From Defluviitalea phaphyphila (GTDB lineage Bacteria; Bacillota; Clostridia; Lachnospirales; Defluviitaleaceae): 32,000 bases of DNA. The notes under the pieces were generated by a model. It made no database searches and had not been told where the DNA came from. It saw only the letters and a list, made by a program, of their open reading frames with translations. Below are positions 1-6,898 of the stretch, in pieces. Location of the stretch: positions 10,061-42,060 of the forward strand of contig NZ_JWID01000007.1 in assembly GCF_001466305.1 (NCBI RefSeq), in the 5' to 3' direction. Every line of letters begins with the position of its first letter. Position 1 is the stretch's first letter. The position numbers were made by a program, and so were the translations under genes.

Positions 1-120
1 GATTATAAATATGCTACTGGATTAGAAGCACTTTGTGGATATTTATATTTAGATGGAAAAATAGATAGATTGCAATATCTTATAAATTTAGGAATAGAAA
101 TTAAAAAGTCACAAGGATAG
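1..120 (+). CDS. mrnC: Mini-ribonuclease 3 (Mini-III), C-terminal end; 5' part lies outside the window
   Basis: Frame 1 reads DYKYATGLEALCGYLYLDGKIDRLQYLINLGIEIKKSQG and stops with TAG at 118-120. The TG.EAL.GYLYL motif is typical of the Mini-III C-terminal region. Its position upstream of rlmB/yacP/sigH matches the conserved Firmicute cluster. Confidence 0.7.
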   Translation, partial: DYKYATGLEALCGYLYLDGKIDRLQYLINLGIEIKKSQG

Positions 121-136
121 AGTTGGAGGAAAAACA

Positions 137-1738
137 ATGTCAGAACACGGTAAAAAATTTGTAAAGGGGGCAATAATTCTTTCAATTGGAGGAATAATTG
201 CAAAAATATTAAGTGCTTTTTTTAGGATACCATTAACCCATTTAATAGGAGATACAGGACTTGGATATTATCAAATACCATATCCCATATATACTATGAT
301 GACTTCTATTTCTTATGTGGGAATTCCATCAACAATATCCAAAATAATATCTGGCAAATTAGTTCATAAAAAATATTATGAAGCCCATAAAGTATTTCAG
401 TATACTCTCTTATTACTTTTTATGGTTAGTGGAATAGTTACATTATTTATGTTTTTTGGAGCAGATTGGCTTATTGAGTCTCAAAATTGGTTTCCAGAGG
501 TAAAATATTCTATTTGGGGACTTGCTCTAAGTCCTATTTTCATAGGAATTATGGGAGTTTTTAGAGGATACTTTCAAGGGATGCAGGAAATGTTTCCAAC
601 AGCTACTTCTCAAATTGCTGAAAGTTTCTCAAGAACTATAATAGGTTTAGGAGCTGCATATATTATTATGAAATTAGGATATGGAGTTGCAATTGCAGCA
701 GGAGGAGCAGCTTTTGGAGGAGTAGCAGGAGGGGTAGCAGGAACCATTGTTTTAGTATGGACTTATTTAAAGAAAAGAAAAGATATTTTAAAAAAAGTAA
801 AAGAATCAAAAAATACCAATACAAATATAACATTTTTTAATGTATCTAAAAATATTATAAAGATTACTTTTCCTATTTCTATTGGAGCTTCTGTTCTTTC
901 TGTTATGAATGGTGTAGATTCTGCTTTGGTAGTTAAGAGGCTAATTTATGGAGGAAGAAGTAACGCTGCAGATTTAGTTGGACAGATGGGAAAAGCTTCT
1001 ACATTTATTAGTATTCCCTTAGCTCTTGCTATGGCATTAGTTGTAGGGTTAGTTCCAGCTACAGCAGAAGCCGTAGAAAAAAAAGATAAACAAGAATTAA
1101 AAGATAAAATAGAATTAGGAACAAGATTTGCTCTTTTATTAGGACTTCCTTCTGCAGCAGGTTTATGTGTGTTAGCTCAACCTGCTATGAGTTTAATTTA
1201 TGGGAAATATGATGCAGGAGCAGAAGTTTTATCTATAATGAGTATAAGTCTGGTATTTATAATACTAGGACAAACTTTAACAGGAATTCTTCAAGGAATG
1301 GGACATTTATATATACCGGTGGTAAATTTAGTTATTGCAGCTATAGGAAAAGGGATTATAAACTATATGTTAGTTCCAGGACCATTAGGTATAAATGGAG
1401 CAGCCATAGGAACTATTGTAGGCTATGGTATATTTGCTGTATTAAATTATTTAGCAGTAAGGAAATATGGAGAATTTAAATTGAATTTTACTCATGTAAT
1501 TTTAAAACCAACTATATCAGCTTTAATAATGACAGGAGTAACTTTTGGATTTTACAGATTATTAAGTAGTTTTACTGGAAATAGTATTTCTACTTTAGCT
1601 TCAATTTTAGTTGGAGTTATAGTATATGTGAGTATGTTGATTATGACAGGAGCTATTTCAGAAGAAGATTTTTCTATGCTTCCTCAGGGAAACAAAATAT
1701 TAAGTATTTTAAAGAAATTTAACATTTTTAGTTCTTAG
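137..1738 (+). CDS. MOP-superfamily flippase-like membrane protein (MurJ / SpoVB / polysaccharide biosynthesis protein family)
   Basis: 533 aa polytopic membrane protein. The N-terminus (KGAIILSIGGIIAKILSAFFRIPL..IG..GLGYYQ) resembles SpoVB/MurJ-type proteins. GGAGGA RBS at 125-130 with ATG at 137. Confidence 0.7.
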   Translation: MSEHGKKFVKGAIILSIGGIIAKILSAFFRIPLTHLIGDTGLGYYQIPYPIYTMMTSISYVGIPSTISKIISGKLVHKKYYEAHKVFQYTLLLLFMVSGIVTLFMFFGADWLIESQNWFPEVKYSIWGLALSPIFIGIMGVFRGYFQGMQEMFPTATSQIAESFSRTIIGLGAAYIIMKLGYGVAIAAGGAAFGGVAGGVAGTIVLVWTYLKKRKDILKKVKESKNTNTNITFFNVSKNIIKITFPISIGASVLSVMNGVDSALVVKRLIYGGRSNAADLVGQMGKASTFISIPLALAMALVVGLVPATAEAVEKKDKQELKDKIELGTRFALLLGLPSAAGLCVLAQPAMSLIYGKYDAGAEVLSIMSISLVFIILGQTLTGILQGMGHLYIPVVNLVIAAIGKGIINYMLVPGPLGINGAAIGTIVGYGIFAVLNYLAVRKYGEFKLNFTHVILKPTISALIMTGVTFGFYRLLSSFTGNSISTLASILVGVIVYVSMLIMTGAISEEDFSMLPQGNKILSILKKFNIFSS

Positions 1739-1789
1739 ATAATTATGTAAATTTATTTTAAAAAGATTTAAAAAAGAGAGGATTTTCAT

Positions 1790-2545
1790 ATGAAAAAATA
1801 TGAAGAAAATAACTTGTATATAGAAGGAAGAAATGCGGTATTAGAAGCATTAAGAACAGAAAGAGAAATAGATAAAATTTTAATTCAACAAGGAAGAATA
1901 GAAGGGTCTATAAAAAAGATTATTGGAGAAGCAAAAAATAAAAAAATAGTAATAAAAACAGTTGCTAAAGCAAAATTAGATGAATTATCACAAACTAAAA
2001 AACATCAAGGAGTAATTGCATATATATCACCTTATAAATATGTAGAAGTAGAAGATATCTTACAAAATGCTAGACAAAAAGGGGAAAAACCATTTATTAT
2101 TATATTAGATGGAATAACTGATCCACATAATCTAGGAGCAATTATAAGAACTGCTAATATATCAGGAGCCCATGGAGTAATAATTCCTAAAAGAAGAGCT
2201 GTGGGAATTAGTGCAGTAGTTGCTAAATCTTCAGCAGGAGCAGTAGAATATACTCCTATTGCAAAAGTTTCTAATATTGCACGAACTATTGAAGCTTTAA
2301 AAAAACAAGGAATATGGATAGCCTGTGCCGATATGGATGGAACAGAAATGTATAACACAGATTTAAAAGGAGCTATAGCTTTAGTTATAGGAAGTGAGGG
2401 AGAAGGCGTAAGTAGAATTGTAAAAGAAAAATGTGATTATATAGTAAAAATTCCTATGTATGGACAAATTACATCTTTAAATGCTTCTGTAGCAGCAGGA
2501 ATATTGATGTATGAAATAGTTAGACAGAAAAATTTTATGAAGTAA
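1790..2545 (+). CDS. rlmB: 23S rRNA (guanosine-2'-O)-methyltransferase, TrmH/SpoU family (RlmB/YacO)
   Basis: 251 aa. SpoU-type motifs are present: GITDPHNLGAIIRTA, LVIGSEGEGVS, IPMYG...SLNASVAAGILMYE. The N-terminal substrate-binding region begins YIEGRNAVLEAL. Synteny with yacP/sigH. Confidence 0.85.
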   Translation: MKKYEENNLYIEGRNAVLEALRTEREIDKILIQQGRIEGSIKKIIGEAKNKKIVIKTVAKAKLDELSQTKKHQGVIAYISPYKYVEVEDILQNARQKGEKPFIIILDGITDPHNLGAIIRTANISGAHGVIIPKRRAVGISAVVAKSSAGAVEYTPIAKVSNIARTIEALKKQGIWIACADMDGTEMYNTDLKGAIALVIGSEGEGVSRIVKEKCDYIVKIPMYGQITSLNASVAAGILMYEIVRQKNFMK

Positions 2546-2616
2546 AGATTTTAAAAGTTTAATAAAAGAGTTATTATTATGTATGTTATTTATACAAGAT
2601 ATAGGAGGGGTGATAA

Positions 2617-3138
2617 TTGGACATTGAATATTTGCTTGTAGACGGATACAATATTATACATGCATGGGAAAACTTAAAAGAATTAGCAGAAGAGAATCTT
2701 GAACAGGCAAGGGACAAATTATTAGAAATTATGTCCAATTATCAAGGGTTTAAAAAGATTAAAGTAATTGTCGTATTTGATGCTCACAAGGTAAAAGGGA
2801 ATATAGGAAAAACTTATAAATATAATCAACTAGATGTTGTATTTACAAAAGAAGCTGAAACAGCTGATAATTATATCGAAAGAACCACCCATGAAATTGG
2901 ACAAACTTATAGAATCAGAGTAGCTACTTCAGATGGATTAGAGCAAATTATAATTTTAGGAAAGGGAGCTACAAGAATTTCTGCAAGAGAATTATTAGAT
3001 GAAGTTATTCAAGTAGAAAATATAATAAGAGAAAAACATATTAAAAAAAATAAAGTAGAAAGAAATACATTAGAATCGTTTATGAAGCCTGAAGTCATAG
3101 AGTGGATGGAAAAAATGAGAAGAAATAAAGGGAAATGA
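2617..3138 (+). CDS. rae1: NYN-domain ribonuclease, YacP/Rae1 family
   Basis: 173 aa starting LVDGYNIIHAW, with VVFDA and the TSDGLEQIIILGKGA motif typical of YacP. TTG start at 2617, 6 nt after AGGAGGGG. Lies immediately upstream of sigH, as in Bacillus and Clostridium. Confidence 0.8.
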   Translation: MDIEYLLVDGYNIIHAWENLKELAEENLEQARDKLLEIMSNYQGFKKIKVIVVFDAHKVKGNIGKTYKYNQLDVVFTKEAETADNYIERTTHEIGQTYRIRVATSDGLEQIIILGKGATRISARELLDEVIQVENIIREKHIKKNKVERNTLESFMKPEVIEWMEKMRRNKGK

Positions 3139-3163
3139 ATCATAATTTAGGGGTGGTAGTATA

Positions 3164-3817
3164 ATGAGTTTAAATATCAAGGAAAACAACAATACATTAT
3201 CTTATGAAGAATTAGAAGATGAAGAAATTATAGATTTAATAAGAAGAGGAGATGGACAAGCAGTTGATTATTTAATTAATAAATATAAAAATTTTGTTCG
3301 GGCAAAGGCTAGGACTTATTTTTTAATAGGTGCAGATAAAGAAGATATTATTCAAGAAGGAATGATAGGTTTATATAAAGCTATAAGAGATTATGAAGAA
3401 GAAAAAATATCTTCTTTTAAAGCTTTTGCAGAGCTATGTATAACCCGTCAAATACTTACTGCTATTAAAGCTGCAACCCGTCAAAAACATATCCCTTTAA
3501 ATTCTTATATATCTCTTAATAAACCTATATTTGATGGAGAAAGCGAAAGAATAACTTTAATGGACGTTATTGTAGGAGGGAAAATTTCAAATCCGGAAGA
3601 ACTTCTTATAGGTCAAGAAAATTTAGCCTTAATAGAAAATAAGATGGGAGAAATATTAAGTTCTCTTGAATGTCAAGTATTATCCTTATATCTTCAAGGG
3701 AAAGCTTATTATGAGATTGCTAAAGAGATGGGAAGAGACATAAAGTCTATTGATAATGCTCTTCAGAGGGTAAAAAGAAAGTTAGAAAAATTTATAAAAG
3801 AAAAATTATATAATTAA
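3164..3817 (+). CDS. sigH: RNA polymerase sporulation/transition-state sigma factor SigH
   Basis: 217 aa. Sigma-70 region 2 (DKEDIIQEGMIGLYKAIRDY), a SigH-typical SFKAFAELCITRQI segment and a region 4 HTH (SYYEIAKEMGRDIKSIDNALQRVKRKL). Confidence 0.85.
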   Translation: MSLNIKENNNTLSYEELEDEEIIDLIRRGDGQAVDYLINKYKNFVRAKARTYFLIGADKEDIIQEGMIGLYKAIRDYEEEKISSFKAFAELCITRQILTAIKAATRQKHIPLNSYISLNKPIFDGESERITLMDVIVGGKISNPEELLIGQENLALIENKMGEILSSLECQVLSLYLQGKAYYEIAKEMGRDIKSIDNALQRVKRKLEKFIKEKLYN

Positions 3818-3928
3818 AAAATTATTTTTAGTGTCATAAATAATTGGTTCGTAACAAAAGTAAATATAATATCAAAAAATTATAGAGATAGGTCATATAT
3901 GAGATTAAAAATCCTTAAACATATAAAT

Positions 3929-3977
3929 AAGGCTCTTAAGTTTAATTTAAATTTATAATTTTAAAAGAGCCTTTTTT
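3929..3977 (+). terminator. Candidate intrinsic terminator downstream of sigH
   Basis: AAGGCTCTT (3929-3937) pairs with AAGAGCCTT (3965-3973) and is followed by a T-run to 3977. The loop is unusually large (about 27 nt). Confidence 0.5.
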
Positions 3978-4029
3978 AATATGTAGGATTTAATTTAACT
4001 TAGAGTATGATTTCCATTTAATAAAATGC

Positions 4030-4058
4030 TTGACTTAAGAAATAAAAAATGATAATAT
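4030..4058 (+). promoter_or_regulatory. Sigma-A type promoter for tRNA-Thr
   Basis: TTGACT (4030-4035), 17-nt spacer, TAATAT (4053-4058), about 30 nt upstream of the tRNA. Confidence 0.5.
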
Positions 4059-4088
4059 ATTTAGGCGTTGAGTAAAATTTAATATTAT

Positions 4089-4161
4089 GCTGCTATGGCT
4101 CAGTAGGTAGAGCGTCGCCTTGGTAAGGCGGAGGTCACGGGTTCAAGTCCCGTTAGCAGCT
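4089..4161 (+). tRNA. tRNA-Thr, anticodon GGU; CCA not encoded
   Basis: Hand-folded cloverleaf. Acceptor GCTGCTA/TAGCAGC, D-arm GCTC-AGTAGGTA-GAGC, anticodon stem TCGCC/GGCGG with loop TTGGTAA, T-arm ACGGG-TTCAAGT-CCCGT, discriminator T. Confidence 0.95.
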
Positions 4162-4173
4162 TAGTAAATAAGC

Positions 4174-4243
4174 GGGTTGTTGAAAATGTGCCTAAAAAAG
4201 CAACGGTTTTGTGCCTAAACTGTGCCTTATTTTCAACTAACCC
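4174..4243. repeat. Imperfect inverted repeat enclosing three TGTGCCT(A/T)A direct repeats
   Basis: GGGTTGTTGAAAAT (4174-4187) is the reverse complement of ATTTTCAACTAACCC (4229-4243) apart from one extra T. GTGCCT cores start at 4188, 4211 and 4222, giving spacings of 23 and 11 nt. Confidence 0.5.
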
Positions 4244-4300
4244 TTTTCATCAAAAAATAGTTTAATTTTAATAGATGAAATAAATTTCTATCCCTCTTCA

Positions 4301-4329
4301 TTGACAAAAAAATTTTTTTTGAGTATAAT
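4301..4329 (+). promoter_or_regulatory. Perfect-consensus sigma-A promoter (TTGACA-17-TATAAT)
   Basis: TTGACA at 4301-4306, exactly 17 nt of spacer, TATAAT at 4324-4329. No protein-coding gene follows on this strand. Confidence 0.6.
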
Positions 4330-4335
4330 AATACA

Positions 4336-4449
4336 GTATTTTGTTCTCATTCGATGGAGTGCGAACAGTACTGAATTAAAAACCCACTCGATGGAGTGAA
4401 TATTATTGTTAAATAAAACAGTAAATCAATTATTGGTTTGCTGTTTTTT
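4336..4449 (+). ncRNA. Candidate orphan small RNA (about 115 nt) with two near-identical GAUG-loop hairpins and its own terminator
   Basis: Bounded by the consensus promoter and by a terminator: AAAACAGTAAA (4415-4425) pairs with TTTGCTGTTTT (4437-4447), followed by a T-run. It contains CATTC-GATG-GAGTG and CACTC-GATG-GAGTG hairpins sharing the 11-mer TCGATGGAGTG. It has no ORF longer than 6 codons. Confidence 0.4.
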
Positions 4450-4553
4450 GTTATTTATATTTATAAATATAATACTATGACAGATAAGATAGGTCAATAA
4501 GTCAAATAAAATAAACATTAAAAATTAATAATATATAGTCTAAATATATTATT

Positions 4554-4886
4554 CTATTTCAATATGATAAAACTATTATTAATAAGTGTTCTTATATATG
4601 TTAAAAGTCTTTCTAAAACAGGCTGAACTCTTTTTCCAAATTTTTCTTCAAGGTTTTCTGCAATATCGTTTATAGTTTTAGTTCCATCGCATTCATTCCA
4701 AACAAATGACCCAATTTCATCTAGTTCAATAGTAGTTTTTAAAGGAGTTTTAAATATTTTATGCATAAATTTATCAAAAGGACGATTTCTTAATATTATA
4801 AGTGTTACTAGCCCATTTTTAGTTTCCCAAAGGATTCTTTCATTTTTTATAGGTATCATATTAAGAATATTTTTAGATTTTTTCAT
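4554..4886 (-). CDS. PqqD-family protein (RiPP recognition element-like small protein)
   Basis: 110 aa. The segment LDEIGSFVWNECDGTKTINDIAENLEEKFG...ERLLTYIRTLINNSFI matches the PqqD/RRE winged-helix signature. GGAGGGAAACA RBS precedes the ATG. Confidence 0.7.
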   Translation of the reverse strand: MKKSKNILNMIPIKNERILWETKNGLVTLIILRNRPFDKFMHKIFKTPLKTTIELDEIGSFVWNECDGTKTINDIAENLEEKFGKRVQPVLERLLTYIRTLINNSFIILK

Positions 4887-4918
4887 TGTTTCCCTCCACA
4901 GTATGTGTAATTACAGAT

Positions 4919-4966
4919 AAAAGAAGGAATCTTAAAGAAAATTTAAGATTCCTTCTTTATTTTTTA
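4919..4966 (-). terminator. Strong hairpin between the OPT transporter gene and the PqqD-like gene (bidirectional terminator-like)
   Basis: AAAGAAGGAATCTTAAA (4920-4936) pairs perfectly with TTTAAGATTCCTTCTTT (4942-4958) around the loop GAAAA. T-rich flanks on both strands. Confidence 0.55.
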
Positions 4967-5395
4967 TACAGATGTGTTTTCATCTACATTTATATTTTTA
5001 GATGATTTTTTTGAAAAAACAATATATATTAATGAGAAGATTAATAAAGTAAATATTATAATTGAGCCTAATTGTCCTAATGGAAATCCTTCAAAAGCAA
5101 GATTTACATTAAATGCGGCAAAGCCGGCTAAGATTATACCCATTAATCCTTCTCCAGCAATTAATCCAGAACTATATAATACGCCTTTTTCAGTTTTAAC
5201 TTTATTATCGTCAGATTTTTTAATAAAAGTATCAAGAGATCCTTTTATAAGTCCTCCAACCATTATAGGAGTTGATAAATGTATTGGAAGATATAATCCA
5301 ATAGCTACAGGAAGAGAAGAAATTCCTAATACTTCAAATATTAATGATGAAAAAATTCCGATAAATACGAGATTCCAAGGAAGATTTCCTTCCAT
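4964..5395 (-). CDS. OPT-family oligopeptide transporter, C-terminal fragment (in frame with the upstream fragment)
   Basis: 143 aa hydrophobic ORF containing GNLPW...LPVAIGLYLPIHLSTPIMVGG, typical of the OPT C-terminal region. Its ATG lies one codon after the TGA that ends the 499-aa ORF, in the same frame. Confidence 0.75.
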   Translation of the reverse strand: MEGNLPWNLVFIGIFSSLIFEVLGISSLPVAIGLYLPIHLSTPIMVGGLIKGSLDTFIKKSDDNKVKTEKGVLYSSGLIAGEGLMGIILAGFAAFNVNLAFEGFPLGQLGSIIIFTLLIFSLIYIVFSKKSSKNINVDENTSV

Positions 5396-5398
5396 AAT

Positions 5399-6898
5399 TC
5401 ATTCTATAACAAGCTTCATAAGAGTAGCTTGAGGTGCTCCTAATTCTTTTGAACCGAAAACATACTGGTCATTTAATAAAATCATGATAAATCCAATAGC
5501 TACTGCAGAAGCTAATACTCCTATAAATTCACCAATTTGTTGTTTCCAAGGAGTAGCGCCTAAAAGATAACCTGTTTTTAAATCTTGAGAAGCATCTCCA
5601 GCAATAGCGGCAGCAGTACATATTACAGCACCTACACAAAGAACTGCTATCATTCCAGGTTTTCCAGAAGCACCAGTAGCTTTCATAATTATTGTAGTAA
5701 ATAAAAGAGTAGCTATTGTCATACCAGAAACAGGATTTGATGAACTTCCAAGAAGGCCAACTATCCTTGAAGATACAGTTACAAATAAGAAACCAAATAT
5801 TGCAATTAATATAGCTCCCATTATTCCAACAGGTATAATAGGAAGAATAGCCATAAGTACTATTAAAACTATTACACTAATGATAACAAATTTTCCTTTA
5901 AGATCTGTATCGGTTCTTTCACTAGCTGTATTACTTTTAGAACCAAATCCTTTCATAGCATCCTTAAAAGATGAAATCATAATAGGTAGAGATTTAATTA
6001 AGCTAATTACTCCACCAGTGGCAACAGCACCAGCTCCAATATATCGGATGTAATTAGACCATATTCCCCAATATCCTAAATCCTTAATTAAATCAGTTGC
6101 TGGAAGAATTGTACTAGTTAAATCATTTCCTATAAAAGTAATCATTGGTATAAGTATTAGCCATCCTAAAATTCCACCAGCAAGCATATAAGCAGATATT
6201 TTAGGACCAATTATAAATCCAACTCCTAATAAAGAAGGTAATACATCCATACCAATGGCTGCTCCACTAAAGCCTTTAATTTTAGTTTCTATTTCAGTTG
6301 GGAAAAGTTTTAAACCATCTCCTATAAATTTATATAAAAGTCCTATTCCGCCACCGGCAAATATAAGTCTTGCACCTTTTCCGCCTTCTTCCCCAGAAAC
6401 AAGAACTTCAGCACAAGCTGTTCCTTCTGGATAAGGTAGTTTTCCATGTTCTTGAACAATCAAATATCTTCTTACAGGTATCATAAATAATATACCTAAA
6501 GCACCACCAAATAAAGTAATAAGTGTCATAGTTAAGGCACTAGGATTTTCTCCCCACAAAAATAATGCTGGGAGAGTAAATATTGCTCCTGCTGCAAGAG
6601 ATTCTCCAGCCGAAGATATGGTTTGAACCATATTATTTTCTAATATAGATTTTCGTTTTAGAAGTACTCTAACTATAGCCATCGAAATAACAGCTGCTGG
6701 TATTGATGCAGAAACAGTCATGCCTACTTTTAGCCCAAGATACGCATTAGCTGCTCCAAATACTACAGATAATAATACACCTAATACAATAGATAAAATA
6801 GTAAACTCAGGCATGATTTTATTAGATGGGATATAAGGAGTATATTTTTCTCCTTTATTTAACTTATATGCCCCATCTGGTAATCCTTTTTGTGCCAT
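5399..6898 (-). CDS. OPT-family oligopeptide transporter, N-terminal 499-aa fragment ending at an in-frame TGA
   Basis: Polytopic membrane protein. The combined length of 499 + 143 aa is about that of intact bacterial OPT proteins. GGGGGG RBS upstream of the ATG at 6898. Confidence 0.85.
   Translation of the reverse strand: MAQKGLPDGAYKLNKGEKYTPYIPSNKIMPEFTILSIVLGVLLSVVFGAANAYLGLKVGMTVSASIPAAVISMAIVRVLLKRKSILENNMVQTISSAGESLAAGAIFTLPALFLWGENPSALTMTLITLFGGALGILFMIPVRRYLIVQEHGKLPYPEGTACAEVLVSGEEGGKGARLIFAGGGIGLLYKFIGDGLKLFPTEIETKIKGFSGAAIGMDVLPSLLGVGFIIGPKISAYMLAGGILGWLILIPMITFIGNDLTSTILPATDLIKDLGYWGIWSNYIRYIGAGAVATGGVISLIKSLPIMISSFKDAMKGFGSKSNTASERTDTDLKGKFVIISVIVLIVLMAILPIIPVGIMGAILIAIFGFLFVTVSSRIVGLLGSSSNPVSGMTIATLLFTTIIMKATGASGKPGMIAVLCVGAVICTAAAIAGDASQDLKTGYLLGATPWKQQIGEFIGVLASAVAIGFIMILLNDQYVFGSKELGAPQATLMKLVIE

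Noticed and set aside
3-203. 66-aa minus-strand ORF at the window start
   Set aside because: It lies antisense to the mrnC 3' end and the start of the flippase gene. Its composition is low-complexity and it has no RBS. The plus-strand genes explain this region.
2032-2358. ORFs from the six-frame track that lie antisense to, or in an alternative frame of, well-supported genes: 2032-2358, 4974-5432, 10007-10303, 10444-10716, 12356-12550, 18044-18265, 20732-20917, 21297-21554, 22994-23233, 23414-23608
   Set aside because: Each lies entirely within or against a strongly supported gene (rlmB, OPT, groEL, guaB, the permease, purH, tctC, tctA). Each has odd composition and lacks a start context. 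These are typical chance ORFs.
4345-4400. Resemblance of TTCGATGGAGTGCGAA to the 5' part of the fluoride (crcB) riboswitch, and the tiny ORFs MECEQY and ME inside the sRNA candidate
   Set aside because: The rest of the crcB consensus (the downstream helix and the pseudoknot partner with the conserved GAUGA region) is absent, and no fluoride-related gene follows. The mini-ORFs have no RBS and are by-products of the repeated ATGGAGTG motif.
4089-4553. An integrated mobile element at tRNA-Thr
   Set aside because: There is no integrase, excisionase or phage/ICE gene, and no second copy of the tRNA 3' end in the window. Only the short repeat element is reported.
5379-5401. Reading the in-frame TGA of the OPT transporter as selenocysteine with a downstream SECIS hairpin
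   Set aside because: The only hairpin is 5 bp, starts 6 nt after the TGA and lies in sequence encoding a conserved-looking EGNLPW motif. OPT transporters are not known selenoproteins. The question is kept open in the findings but is not called as a feature.
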